Positions 1 through 11,350 of a stretch of 64,000 nucleotides of DNA are shown piece after piece. The translations under genes and the position numbers were made by a program. Below the pieces are notes generated by a model. The model saw only the letters and a list, made by a program, of their open reading frames with translations. It was not told the origin of the DNA and searched no databases. How positions within the stretch are numbered: the stretch's first letter is position 1; every line of letters begins with the position of its first letter. This DNA comes from Felis catus (lineage: Eukaryota), in contig NC_058383.1 in assembly GCF_018350175.1 (NCBI RefSeq), positions 30,196,001 to 30,260,000 on the forward strand. Direction: 5' to 3'.

Positions 1-1041
1 AAGTGAATTACTGGGACCTTATGAAGATAAAAAGCTTCTGCACAGCAAAGGAAACAACCAACAAAACTAAAAGGCAACCAACGGAATGGGAAAAGATATT
101 CGCAAATGACATATCGGACAAAGGGCTAGTCTCCAAAATCTATAAAGAGCTCACCAAACTCCACACCCGAAAAACAAATAACCCAGTGAAGAAATGGGCA
201 GAAAACATGAATAGACACTTCTCTAAAGAAGACATCCGGATGGCCAACAGGCACATGAAAAGATGTTCAGCGTCGCTCCTTATCAGGGAAATACAAATCA
301 AAACCACACTCAGGTATCACCTCACGCCAGTCAGAGTGGCCAAAATGAACAAATCAGGAGACTATAGATGCTGGCGAGGATGTGGAGAAACGGGAACCCT
401 CTTGCACTGTTGGTGGGAATGCAAATTGGTGCAGCCGCTCTGGAAAGCAGTGTGGAGGTTCCTCAGAAAATTAAATAGACCTACCCTATGACCCAGCAAT
501 AGCACTGCTAGGAATTTATCCAAGGGATACAGGAGTACTGATGCATAGGGCCACTTGTACCCCAATGTTCATAGCAGCACTCTCAACAATAGCCAAATTA
601 TGGAAAGAGCCTAAATGTCCATCAACTGATGAATGGATAAAGAAATTGTGGTTTATATACACAATGGAATACTACGTGGCAATGAGAAAAAATGAAATAT
701 GGCCTTTTGTAGCAACGTGGATGGAACTGGAGAGTGTGATGCTAAGTGAAATAAGCCATACAGAGAAAAACAGATACCATATGGTTTCACTCTTATGTGG
801 ATCCTGAGAAACTTAACAGGAACCCATGGGGGAGGGGAAGGAAAAAAAAAAAAAGAGGTTAGAGTGGGAGAGAGCCAAAGCATAAGAGACTGTTAAAAAC
901 TGAGAACTGAGGGTTGATGGGGGGTGGGAGGGAGGAGAGGGTGGGTGATGGGTATTGAGGAGGGCACCTTTTGGGATGAGCACTGGGTGTTGTATGGAAA
1001 CCAATTTGTCAATAAATTTCATATATAAAAAAATAATAAAA

Positions 1042-1076
<35 letters not shown>

Positions 1077-1085
1077 AAAAGAAAA
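1..1085 (+). mobile_element. 3' end of a young carnivore/felid LINE-1: ORF2 C-terminus, G-rich 3' UTR and A-rich tail; 5' part lies outside the window
   Basis: Translation [32 protein letters not shown] (frame of ORF 3..491) continues as [39 protein letters not shown] (stop 805-807), the L1 ORF2 C-terminus. G-rich UTR follows, AATAAA at ~1011, (TAAA)n tail 1025-1085. Many CpGs are retained. Confidence 0.97.
3..807 (+). pseudogene. L1 ORF2 C-terminal fragment with a 2-nt frameshift at ~474
   Basis: Expected TTA AAA ATA GAC (LKID) reads TTA A ATA GAC, so the two ORF2-like reading frames are offset at this point. Confidence 0.88.
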
Positions 1086-1119
1086 GCCATCCGACGACTG
1101 TCAGCCTCAGTGACCTCAT

Positions 1120-1325
1120 CTGTATTATGTTCCAGGCACTGTTCCGTGCAGTTAACATAAAATAATTTATTTAATCCTAGCAACCGTCTATGAGGTGGGT
1201 ACCCTATGAGCATCCCCATTTTACAAGTGATGAAAAGGATGTTTCCAGACATTATATAACTTGCCCAATTATATACCTGGACAGTAGCAGACAGTCTGTC
1301 TCCGGCGCTCAGGCTGTTAACCACA
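1120..1325 (-). mobile_element. MIR SINE remnant
   Basis: ccaggcactgtt..tttaatcct..caac..ctatgaggtgggt..ccccattttaca..aacttgccca resembles the MIR core in antisense. Confidence 0.7.
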
Positions 1326-4300
1326 GTTCTATTGTCTCCCGATAGAAATACAAAGTGTGGTAAGATTAAATGAGATAATGAATGCAAAGCATATAACTCA
1401 GTGCTAAGCTTTATACACACAGTAAAGTTGGCTTTTACTGCAACAGCTTCCATTTATCAAGTACTTCTCATGTGCCACTCATTGTGCTATGTCCCCAAAC
1501 ATTCAATTTCTCTCGCCCTCATAGGAAATAGGAATAATTATCACCTTCCTTTTAAAGGCGAGGAGCTAGGTTCAGAGAGGTTTCTTCACTACAAATTCTT
1601 GTGGACCAGACACATTATAGGTGCTGTGCTAGGGGTGGTTGGCCCCAGGGCACACAGCTATTGAGAAGGCAGGTCTCCCTGACTCCAAGACGGTTCTCTC
1701 TCCAGGGGACCCCTGGCTCCAACAGCAGGTGGCATCTGACACAGAGGCAAAAGATCACTTCAAGGGGACCAGGAAAGACTGGGGGACCGTTGTGATCAAA
1801 GGGTAAGGAGTTGTTCCCAGCTCATAGCAAACTGCCCTAGGACTGATCCCAAGATTCCAGAGCAACAAGGGAACTTGGCGATCCAGCCTCGTCTGCGCGG
1901 TGGAAGGAAAGCTGGATCCCTGCCCGAGGGATACAGCTCATTAGCAGAGCTGGAGCAAAGCCCCGTGGCTTCTGACTCCCTGCCAAACAATCCCTTTTGC
2001 TAGCCACTCCGCACGAGGAGAGAGGAGAGGATAGCAAACTGCACCGAGGGCTTCCATTCGAGTCTTGTGATATCCAGTTTATTTTGGCATTCGAAAAGCT
2101 GTGCGTGTTTGCCATAGAAAATTGGGAAAATACGGAAATGCACAAAGTGATGACAAAAATAAAATGATCCTGTTTCCCACCACCCAGGGAGCCGTACATA
2201 ACTTGGCATGTTTCCTTCTAGGCCTTCCCTGTGCATAGCTTTTTGTTTGTTTTGGTTCTAGTTTTTATATACTTGTGAATGCACTGTGTATATAACTTGT
2301 TACCAGCCTTCCCACTTACATTATAAATATTTTTCCATGGTATTACAGACGCCTCATAAACATTTTTTTTCCCTTTTCAATAATAAAATGCAACAGTCCC
2401 CCGCCGTATTCCCATCTTCTGCCCACGTTGGCACATATACGGAGATTCCCTGGGGAACCACTTTTAACCTTTTACCTTTAAAGTTTTTCTACTGGTCCCT
2501 CCCTATCGTTAACTAGTGTGTGACCTCTAGAAGCCTCTACTTGGGCAATTATCTGTGGATTTCCTGCTATGATGAATGGGAGCTGGTCATGTTATGTTGG
2601 GACTGGGGCAGGGGGGCAGAAGGAAATGTCAAGGGTTACTGTCTTTGGGATACTTAGAATGTCTTTGATCCAGGATGTTTGCCTGAGACCCGTCGATGTT
2701 GGGGACACACTATGTGACCAACCTCATCTCCACCAACTGTCCTCCCTAAATGGTCTACCTTAAATAGTGTCACTTCGGTACCCTTGGCATGATGGTTACA
2801 GGGAGTGGATAAAGACCAGCAGTCATTACAGTGGGTACCAGTCTCTTGTCCCACCATTCTACCTCAACAGACATTGACACCCGAAATTTACATGGTGCTT
2901 TGCCTTCACGTCCTCCCTTCTATAAGCACCAAAACAAGATTTTTTTTCCCCAAGAGGATGGGTCAGGAACAGAGACTACTCTGCAAAATAGAACACTTCA
3001 TACAGTCTGCTGCTTTGGCGGTTAAAAAGTCCCAGAACATTCTATTCTCTTTCTTCACTATCCTATTATTCATGTGATGCCTCAAAATAATTATTTTCTG
3101 AGAGGATCTTCGCCTCTCAGATGCATTTTGAATGTCACGAAAGAGCACTGGAAACGAGCATTGGATGTGGCACCAAGCAAGAAGAGAAAACAAATTGCCC
3201 CTGGCCTGTGATATATGGTGCCCAGAATAAACACAGGGAGCTTCGTGAAAGCAAGTCCATCTTATTCATGGTGAAATCCAACTTTAATCACTGGCAAGGC
3301 CATTAACTGTCCTCACATAATCATGGAAATAAGCCCATCTAAATTATCCTGAAAATCCCAACTTGTTGGGTAGATGAAAAGGATAGTCTTTGTTAAAGGT
3401 AAAACATTTCAAAGTCCCTTTTATAAAGTGGCAAAATCTGTGTACTGTTCATTTCCTCTCTATTAAAGGTGTCTAAACAACTTATCGATTCCTGTGAAGA
3501 AAAAGAACAGGAAAAAAGATCATGTACGGATTGAATACAAACTTTGGGGTTTATTGCATTAGAGCTATAATTCAAACAGGCTTTGGAAGGAACTTTTGTC
3601 TAATTAGTCATTGTAATCAGGTAGCTGTGGGAATAAGTGTTAATGCTTGGAATAGACAACCAATTAATCATGTCTACAGTCAGCATAATGGCTGGCATCA
3701 GGCTCCGTGCTTTTTAGACTCCTGTATGGCAAATATAAAACAAGCAGCTAGCTATCCTGTGCTTTTACTAGAACAGAAGGCGCATCCCTTTCTGCACTGT
3801 GAGGCTCCTGTCAAAGCTCATCCCTAGATACCTGAATCTGTAAAGCGTCAACCACTAGCCAAGGGAAAACAGATGCCGGAAGAACAGGGAAAGTACACAG
3901 AGGGCCATTCCATTCAGGAAAGCATGATATCAATAATAAATGGCATTAAAAAAAAATTACTGCACGCCAAGCAGTGGACTAAGTTCTGTGCATGTATTAC
4001 ATTATTTAATCCTTCCAGCAACTTTGGTATATAGGCGCTAAACCATGCAACTGAACTTCAGAGTAGTTACATTATTTGTTCTGGTTTGCACAGATGGTCC
4101 TGGGGCTCGAAACCCAAGCAGTCTGACTGCAAAGTATACGATGCATCTGTCTCTGATGTGAAAATTAATCATGGGAACTCTCGTTTAGAATGGAGCTGGA
4201 AGGCCAGCAGGGGGAACCCTCATGCCCTAGCACTCATCAATTGTAGTCCCAGACCCAACAGGAAGAGGGGTGCCTTGCGTGTGAATACCACTTCAGCCAC

Positions 4301-4447
4301 TACTTCACTACTCCAGCAGGAGGAAGAAAGACTTTCCTCCTCCCTCAGCAACAGCCCAGCCAATGAGGGTGATGACTCAACTAATGAGAAGCCACTATAC
4401 TTTGAACTCCCAGTCCATTCCCAGTTTATTTATAATAACCCCTCCCT

Positions 4448-4668
4448 GGGGACGCCTGGGCAGCTCAGTCAGTTGAGCATCCCACTTCGTCTCAGGCCAT
4501 TATCTCACGGTTGGTGGGTTAGAGCCCCACATCGGGGCTCTGTGCCAACAGCTCAGCTGATAGGCTCCAGACTCTGGAGCCTGCTTCAGATTCTGTGTCT
4601 CCCTCTGTCTCTGCCCCTCCCCTGCTCACGCTCTCTCTCTTTATCGAAAACAAATAAACATGAACAAA
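4448..4668 (+). mobile_element. Can-SINE (SINEC_Fc-like) with 15-bp TSD
   Basis: gggacgcctgggcagctcagtc head, ggagcctgcttcagattctgtgtctccctct body, (CT)n and A tail. TSD ATAATAACCCCTCCC at 4432-4446 and 4669-4683. Confidence 0.93.
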
Positions 4669-4981
4669 ATAATAACCCCTCCCAATTCCCCCTGTGTAAA
4701 AGAGCATTCCTCATTGTTGTGCTCCAGACTTGCCTATGGTGTTGCTGTAGCTTGCTTTTTCTTGGATTGCAATTCTCTGTCATTCCTGAATAAACCCATA
4801 TCTGCCGGTAAAATAATGGACAGTTTTATCTTTCCAGTTAACAACACCATGGAACCATGTTCGTAATATATTAAGTGAGATAGAATAAAGCTTGTGCATG
4901 CAATGTAATTGTTCCATTCATAAATATTTGAGTACCTACTGTGAGCTCAGCACTGGCATAAAGACATATATGGATATGTAT

Positions 4982-5053
4982 ACACACACATACACAGAGC
5001 TGTGTATGTGTGTGTGTACACACACACACAGAGCTGTGTATGTGTGTGTGTAC
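4982..5053. repeat. Tandem 34-bp unit made of (CA)n-GAG-C(TG)n self-complementary sequence
   Basis: acacagagctgtgtatgtgtgtgtgtac at 4992-5019 and again at 5026-5053. Confidence 0.85.
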
Positions 5054-5059
5054 GTTTCA

Positions 5060-5493
5060 GATATGTCCACATATTCTTTGATGTTCCTCACTTCTAATGA
5101 ATGGAATAAAGCAGAAGTGACAGTGTAGGACTTAGAAGACTAAGTTATACAAAGCCCCTTAGCTTCCTGATTATTCTCACTCTTGGGCTGCTTTGCTCTG
5201 GAGGAAGTTAGGTACCATGTGGAGCATCCCCACAAAAAAGCTCACATAGAGAGGAACTGAGGTCTCCAGCCAACAGCCATGTGGCTGGGCCATCTTGGAA
5301 GTGGATCCTCCAGCCCCACTCAAGCCTTCAGATGACTACAGCAATGGCCAACATCTTGACTGCAGTTTTGTGAGAAACCCTGAGCAGCTAAGCCACTCTC
5401 AGAACTCTGACCTTCAGAAACTTCATAAATGTCTGTTGTTTTAAATCACTAAGCTGTGGGGTATTCTGTTACACAGTGATAGATAACGAATAC
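5060..5493 (+). mobile_element. MaLR solo LTR (MLT1E/F-like)
   Basis: gaggaactgagg..cagccaacagcc..ttggaagtggatcctccagcccc..aagccttcagatgact..ataaatgtctgttgttttaa..ttacacag..ataac motif series. Confidence 0.8.
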
Positions 5494-5809
5494 TCTGGCG
5501 TGTGTGTATGTTCTCAAAGAGCGATCGAAGAAAGCGAGAGAACAACAGCCCGGAATACATCTGGGACCTGTTCCAAAGGCTCACAGCCCTTTTCCTGTGG
5601 TTTCCATCTTAACTGATGGCACAACCACCCACCTGTTCAACCAAACAAAAAACTCTGGGTCACCCTTGACTCCTTCCTGTGTCTATTTCTCAATTCCTAC
5701 AGATTGGTCACCAAATCATGATAATCCCACTTCCTGAATCTTAAATGGTCTTGCTTCCCATCTTTTAGCACTCAGCCCTCTTCATTTGTTCAAAAACTTA
5801 CTGTTTCTA

Positions 5810-6022
5810 GGGGCTCCTGGGTAGGCTCAGTCAGTTGAGCGTCCGACTTCAGCTCAGGTCATGATCCTGCGGTTCATGGGTTCGAGCCCTGCATCAGGCT
5901 CTGTGCTGACAGATAAGAGCCTGGAGCCTGCTTCAGATTCTGTGTCTCCCTCTCTCTCTCTGTCCCTCCACCACTCATGCTCTGTCTCTCTCTCTGAAAA
6001 ATAAAACTAAAAAAAAATTTTA
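5810..6022 (+). mobile_element. Can-SINE (SINEC_Fc-like)
   Basis: Full head ggggctcctgggt..ctcagtcagttgagcgtccgacttcagctcaggtcatgatc, CT tract, A tail. TSD ttactgt(t/c)tctag. Confidence 0.95.
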
Positions 6023-6274
6023 ATTACTGTCTCTAGCATCTACTTAGTAAACTCCTACTTATGTGTCAATGCCCCAGAACTCTTCGTTAACACCGGATCC
6101 CCTCTACCAGCTCTGTGCCTTGCACACACTTCTAAACTTTCCATTTTAAATGGTTCTCTTTTCATTCTATGAGCCATGAGTTAGTTACTGCAGGGTAGAG
6201 ACTATGTCCTGGTCCTCTCAATCTCTCCTGTCTCTAGCAGGGCCTGACAAAAGCTGTGCTTCGGAAACATTACT

Positions 6275-6907
6275 GTGCCGATTATCTGCTTCTGCATAAC
6301 AAATCAGCCCCAAACATGGTGGCTTAAAACAACAAAACACACATTGCCTTGTCACTTTTGTGGGGCAGGGATCTAGTGTGATGTAGTTGGGTCATTTGAC
6401 TTGAGGCCCCTTGTGAGGTTGTACTTTTCATCTCGAGGCTCAATGGGGGGCAGTCCATTTCCAGGCTCACTCATGGGGCTGTAAGGAGGCCACGGGTCCT
6501 TCCCACCAGGTGGACTGCTCTGTGGGGCAGCTTAGAACACAGTAGCTGGACTCCATCAGAGCAGGCAAGGGAGGGTGCTTTGCCATATATTTTTTTTAAG
6601 TTTTTTTTTGTTTTGATGTTTGTTTATTTTTGAGAGGGGGGTAGGGGCAGAGAGAGAGGGAGACACAGAATCCGAAGCAGGATGCAGGCTCTGAGCTGTC
6701 AGCACAGAGCCCGACACAGAGCTCGAACTCACTAGTTGTGAGATCACGACCTGAGCTGAAGTTAGACACTCAACCAACTGAGCCACCCAGGCACCCCGGT
6801 CATATATTTATTAGAAGCAAGTTACCAGGCCAGCCCAGAGGGGTGTTTACAGGGCCTGAATACCTGGAGGTGGGGATCACCGTGAGACATCCTAGGAGCT
6901 GCCTACC
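6275..6907 (-). mobile_element. MaLR solo LTR (MLT1-like), interrupted by a SINE
   Basis: tgcataacaaatcagccccaaacatggtggcttaaaacaac start and ..ggagctgcctacc end, typical of antisense MLT1. Confidence 0.7.
6591..6797 (-). mobile_element. Can-SINE (SINEC_Fc-like)
   Basis: gggagacacagaatccgaagcagg..ctgagctgtcagcacagagccc..ctgagccacccaggcacccc. TSD catatattt at 6584-6592 and 6801-6809. Confidence 0.95.
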
Positions 6908-7924
6908 TTGAGTATCTTGGCCTTAATCTGCTCCTGCTATGCGCCCCTCCTGCCTCCTCTGCTCCCTGCAGTCAATGAATGAATGGCAGTCCTCTCTACA
7001 CTCAGTTCATCACTCATTTATTCCATATTTCAGCCGAGGGCATGGTCCTCAACCTCACTAAACCTCCCGTTCCCCATCTGTAAAAAGGGGTTAATAATAG
7101 CACTGGCCTCTTAAGGTTGTGGGGATTAAAAATGCACATAAAAACTTCTGGCACAGTTCTCAGAACAATGTAACTGCTCAATAAACAGCTATTATTGTTC
7201 GTTATTACTCTTATTATTTTGTATCTACAAAGGTCAAGATATCTAGAAACGAGCTTCCTCTGTTCAATTTACACTCGGCATCAAATTACACACTCTTGCC
7301 AACTTAGTGTGCACATGTTTTTCTTCAGTTATCAGAACACAAAACTATCTTTAATAAGTAATAAAGGAAGAAGAAGGAGGAGAAGAAAAAGAAAAAAAAA
7401 AAAAGAATAAAGGCAGCTTCTGTGTGGTGGGTGGCAAGGAGACACCACTTGTACAAATCTTCCAAGAACTAGAAACTGAAAAACCCAAGGAAGACAGTGG
7501 AGTAGCCCACGGGTGCATGAGTGTGAATGCTCGAAAACAGAGGTTGGAAGTGGATTGAGAATCAGAGCCCAAAAAGCTGTAGTCTGGACAGAAATCAAGT
7601 TCGGGAGTGGGACCTTTTTGTACACTTCCTCCTGTAAAAAAATTCCAGTTGGTTTCCCAAAACAAGTAATATGGTACTACCAAGTTAAGGATAACTCAGC
7701 TGTGCTACAGGACCCCGGGGATCTGATGCAGATTCACATTCCTAGCCTGTGAAGATTCACTCTACGAAGAAGAAGGAAAATCACATGTATATTGAGTGAC
7801 AACTGCTGATTCCCAGAGTGGATTTGGAGTTACACCCGTATTATCTCATTATCTCATCACTCATACCCAACCGTATCATGTGGCTGGTTATTGCTATCCC
7901 TCACTTAAAAAAAAAAAAAAAAAA

Positions 7925-8697
7925 GGTGAATTTCACATAATAAAATTAATCACATATTATTATTTTTTTTAGAGATAGGGAGTGTGTGAGTGGAGCAGAG
8001 GGAGTGAGAGAGACAGAGAGAGAGAGAGAGAGAGGGAGGGAGGGGGAGGGAGAGAGGGAGAATCCTAAGCAGATTCCATGTTCAGTGAAGAGCCTGATGC
8101 AGGGCTTGATCCCATGACCTGGAGATCATGACCTGAGCTAAAATCAAGAGTCAGATGCTCAACCGACTAAGCCACCCAGGCGCCCTGGAATGAATCATTT
8201 TTAAGTGGATAATTCAGTGGGATTTATTCACAATGCTGTGTAGCTGCCACCTCTATGTAGCTCCAAAAACATTTGCATCACCCTAAAGGGAAACCCTGTA
8301 TCCACTAACCACTTAGTCCCCTTTCCGTCCTCACTCCCCAGCCCCCAGCAACTCCCCATGTGCAGTCGGTCTCTATGGATTTACTTACTTTGGATATTGC
8401 ACATTCCTTGTTTCTTTCACTTAATGCCTTCATATAACAGTTTTGAAGCTGACCCACATTGTGGCAGGTATTCACACTGCCTTTTTAGGGCTGAGTAATA
8501 TTCTGTCGTGTGGATGCAGTAATTCATTTATTCATCCATCCTCCGACGGACATTGGGGCTGCTTCCACCTTTGGGTATTGTGAATAGTGCTGTTGTGAGC
8601 ACATGTACAGCTATTGGTTTGAGTTTCTGTTTTCGGTTCCTGGGATTGTGTTATTGGCTCATATGGTAATTCTGTTTAACTTTTGGAGAAGCTGCTT
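7925..8697 (-). mobile_element. Old L1M (L1MB-like) 3' end, interrupted by a SINE
   Basis: ataattcagtgg..ttcacaatgctgtg..catcaccctaaagggaaaccctgta..tctctatggattta..gctgagtaatattc..ggtaattctgtttaactttt. Confidence 0.75.
7956..8185 (-). mobile_element. Can-SINE (older carnivore subfamily)
   Basis: gagcctgatgcagggcttgatcccatgacc..atcatgacctgagctaaaatcaagagtc..gccacccaggcgccc with a (GA)n tract. Confidence 0.92.
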
Positions 8698-8750
8698 CAT
8701 ATTCCCTCTTTATAGATGGAGAAAACATGAACTTTTTTTTAAAAAAAAAA

Positions 8751-8975
8751 CTGACTGAGCCACCCAGGTGTCCCTAAAAGTCAAGTGTCCAACTTCGGCT
8801 CAGGTGATGATCTCACAGCTTGTGGGTTCAAGCCCCGCATCAGGCTCTGTGCTGACAGCTCAGAGCCTGGAGCCTGCTTCCGATTCTGTGTCTCCCTCTC
8901 TCTCTGCCCTTCTGCTTGTGTTCTGTTTCTCTTTCTCTCTCTCAAAAATAAAATAAACATCAAAAACTTTGTTTT
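8751..8975 (+). mobile_element. Can-SINE (SINEC_Fc-like) with inverted 5' head
   Basis: Body 8781-8975 is a sense SINE. 8751-8774 is the reverse complement of the missing first ~24 nt. Confidence 0.88.
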
Positions 8976-8989
8976 TAAATAAAGTAAAA

Positions 8990-9097
8990 TAAAAGATTTT
9001 ATTTTTAAGTAATCCCTACACCTAACATGCGCCTTCAACTCATGACCCCCAAATCAGGAGTCGCATGCTCTACCGACTGAGCCAGCCAGAAGCCCCC
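8990..9097 (-). mobile_element. Short tRNA-derived Can-SINE (tRNA head plus A tail, no CT body)
   Basis: aagtaatc..tacac..gagtcgcatgctctaccgactgagccagccag..gccccc. TSD aaaacatgaa at 8722-8731 and 9098-9107. Confidence 0.85.
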
Positions 9098-9516
9098 AAA
9101 ACATGAATGCTTTAAAATGCCTTACATGTAGAGTCATCAGGTCTCTCAGACAGAAAAGTCATTGCCATTTTCACTGGGTGACAGCCCTATAAGGCAAGGC
9201 TTCCCAGAGGAGGTGAGACTATCTAAAGGGAAGCAAGTCGCTGATGGGAGAGTAGAAAGGGCAGAGTGTAGATGCAGGGTGATGTGAACAGAGGCAGAAG
9301 CAGACAGCTAGATAGTCTGATTGGAAAGAACTCAGGCCAGAGAGGCTCCAGTCCGTCCTCCTACAGCACCCGGCTGCTGGTGTCATCACCTTCCAGAGTT
9401 AGAGCAGCTGATCTCTGTGGGGTTCACTGCTGGTAAGAACTGTGTATTCCAGGACAGGCTTGGGCTCTGTCTGGCTCACTCACACATGTGCACAAGCTAT
9501 GGACATCTTGGCTTTC

Positions 9517-9518
<2 letters not shown>

Positions 9519-9554
<36 letters not shown>
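9519..9554 (+). repeat. Poly(A) run (36 nt)
   Basis: Read directly from the sequence. Confidence 0.95.
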
Positions 9555-9556
<2 letters not shown>

Positions 9557-10201
9557 TTAATTTCCTGCCTGCACACCTTGGTTCCATGGGGCAGAAATGA
9601 GAGATGACACGTAGAGATTGCTGGCTTGCTGGCTTCCCCTTCTCATGACTCAGCGAGACCAAGAGACAACGGTCTGGGTCCTACCAGTCTGACGAGGGAG
9701 GAAATGACCGGCCCAGATCATGTCACCTCCGTCTAGTAAAACCTTCTGTGGCTGCCCAGGACGCTTTAAAAACCAGCATGTCCCCGTGATGCCTGGACTG
9801 TAGTCCTTCCACAGTGGCAGAGTCACCATCACTGCCCTCAGCTCTGTTCACCCTCCATCATCTTGTTAGCCTTCACAGTGACTCTGCCGAGTGGACGAGA
9901 TAATCTTCATTTTACAGTGAGAAAAGTGGGGTTCAGAAAGAACAGGTTTGGCAGAATCAGGGTTTGAGCCTGAGCGTGGTTCAATTCTGAATTCTGCTGC
10001 TGGTCTCCCGGTCTCCACGTGGTGGGTTAGGTCTCTAGAACTTTGCAGAACTGTAATGTTGTGACCTCCGACCAACATCTCACCGTACCTCCCAGCCTCT
10101 GGCCACCACCATTCTGCCCTCTGCTTCTGCGTGTTTGGCTATTTTAGCAGCACTTTGTAGGAAGATAAAAGAGATGACAGGAGAAGGCCAAGAGTGAAGG
10201 A

Positions 10202-10203
<2 letters not shown>

Positions 10204-10252
<49 letters not shown>
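10204..10252 (+). repeat. (GA)n microsatellite
   Basis: Read directly from the sequence. Confidence 0.95.
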
Positions 10253-10258
<6 letters not shown>

Positions 10259-10977
10259 GCAGGGAAGCAGCGAAGGACGGGAGTAAGTAGGGGGCTGGGG
10301 GAGCATGGGGGGCAGAGAAGGAGAGATCCATCTCATCTTGGGGCTGAGGAATGCCCCACCTTGTGCATCCGGCAGAGCCCACACCTCTCCTAAATGACAC
10401 CTGGTCCCTTGGAACAATTTCCCCCTGGCTGAGGGCCAGCGGGGGAGAGTGGAGACAGGAGACAGTGACACAGGCACATTTATCGATTCCAAACAGACTC
10501 CCCTGGGAGCACATCGGAATGATTTTCAGGATTCAATTGAATCGACTCGTTCTTTAAATTAAATTCTTTCATTGCAGCTCAGCTCCTCACCAACCGCCTG
10601 GGTGCTGTCCTAAACGGGCTCCAATTGCCAATTAATAAACGAGACCTTGAGTGATCGGATTCTGAGTTTTGCCGACGGGGCAGACCAGGCGCCAGAGCAG
10701 ATCGGGGAAAGGCAGGGGAAGGCACCACCTCATTTCTCCCCGGGAAGGCCCGCCTGGATGAGCCGTTGTGGAGGATCAAAGGGGAAGGAACGGGGTTACA
10801 CTTGCAGGGACGCTCCAAAAACCAGTCCTTGCTCCCGGGGAGCTAGTTCTGCTCCTTGAAGCTGGTCACATCATGAGATCCCACTCAGAAACGCTCCAGG
10901 GTGGACTGGGTCTAGGAAGTCAGCACACCTTGCAGTGCAAGGGTTATCCGAGGGAAAGATGGGCAATAACTTGTTAT

Positions 10978-11185
10978 GTTGGGCGTCTGGACTCCGGCTC
11001 CGGTCACGATCTCACGGTTCCCGAGTTCCAGCCCCGCGTCGGGCTCTGTGCTGACAGCTCAGAGCCCAGAGCCTGCTTCCGATTCTGTGTCTCCCTCTCT
11101 GCCCCTCCGCTGCTCACACTCTGTTTCTCTTTCTGTGTCTCAAAAAATAAATGTTAAAACAATTTTTTTAATAAAAAAGAAAAAG
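10978..11185 (+). mobile_element. Can-SINE (SINEC_Fc-like), 5'-truncated
   Basis: ggtcacgatctcacggtt..gccccgcgtcgggctctgtgctgacagctcagagcc..gattctgtgtctccctct..caaaaaataaatgtt. Confidence 0.92.
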
Positions 11186-11350
11186 TGGATTCTAGAGCCA
11201 GCCAATCTAGATTTCCGTCCAGGCTCTTTCCCCTACCCAGCTGTGCGCCCTTGAGCAAATTACATAACGTCTCTGTGCCTCAGGTCACCTTCGTGAAAAG
11301 GGAGATCAAAGCCTACCCGCTTCACAGAGTTGTGAACAGTGCATGAGAAT
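11186..11350 (+). mobile_element. MIR remnant
   Basis: tctagagccag..agctgtg..ccttgagcaaattacataac.tctctgtgcctcag..cacagagttgtga. Confidence 0.7.

Noticed and set aside
4202..4217. CTCF-like GGCCAGCAGGGGGAAC
   Set aside because: Mismatch at the highly conserved C of the GGC core; too weak to call without a PWM score.
4086..4793. 235-aa ORF, the longest in the window
   Set aside because: Non-ATG start, runs through a SINE, no recognisable domain.
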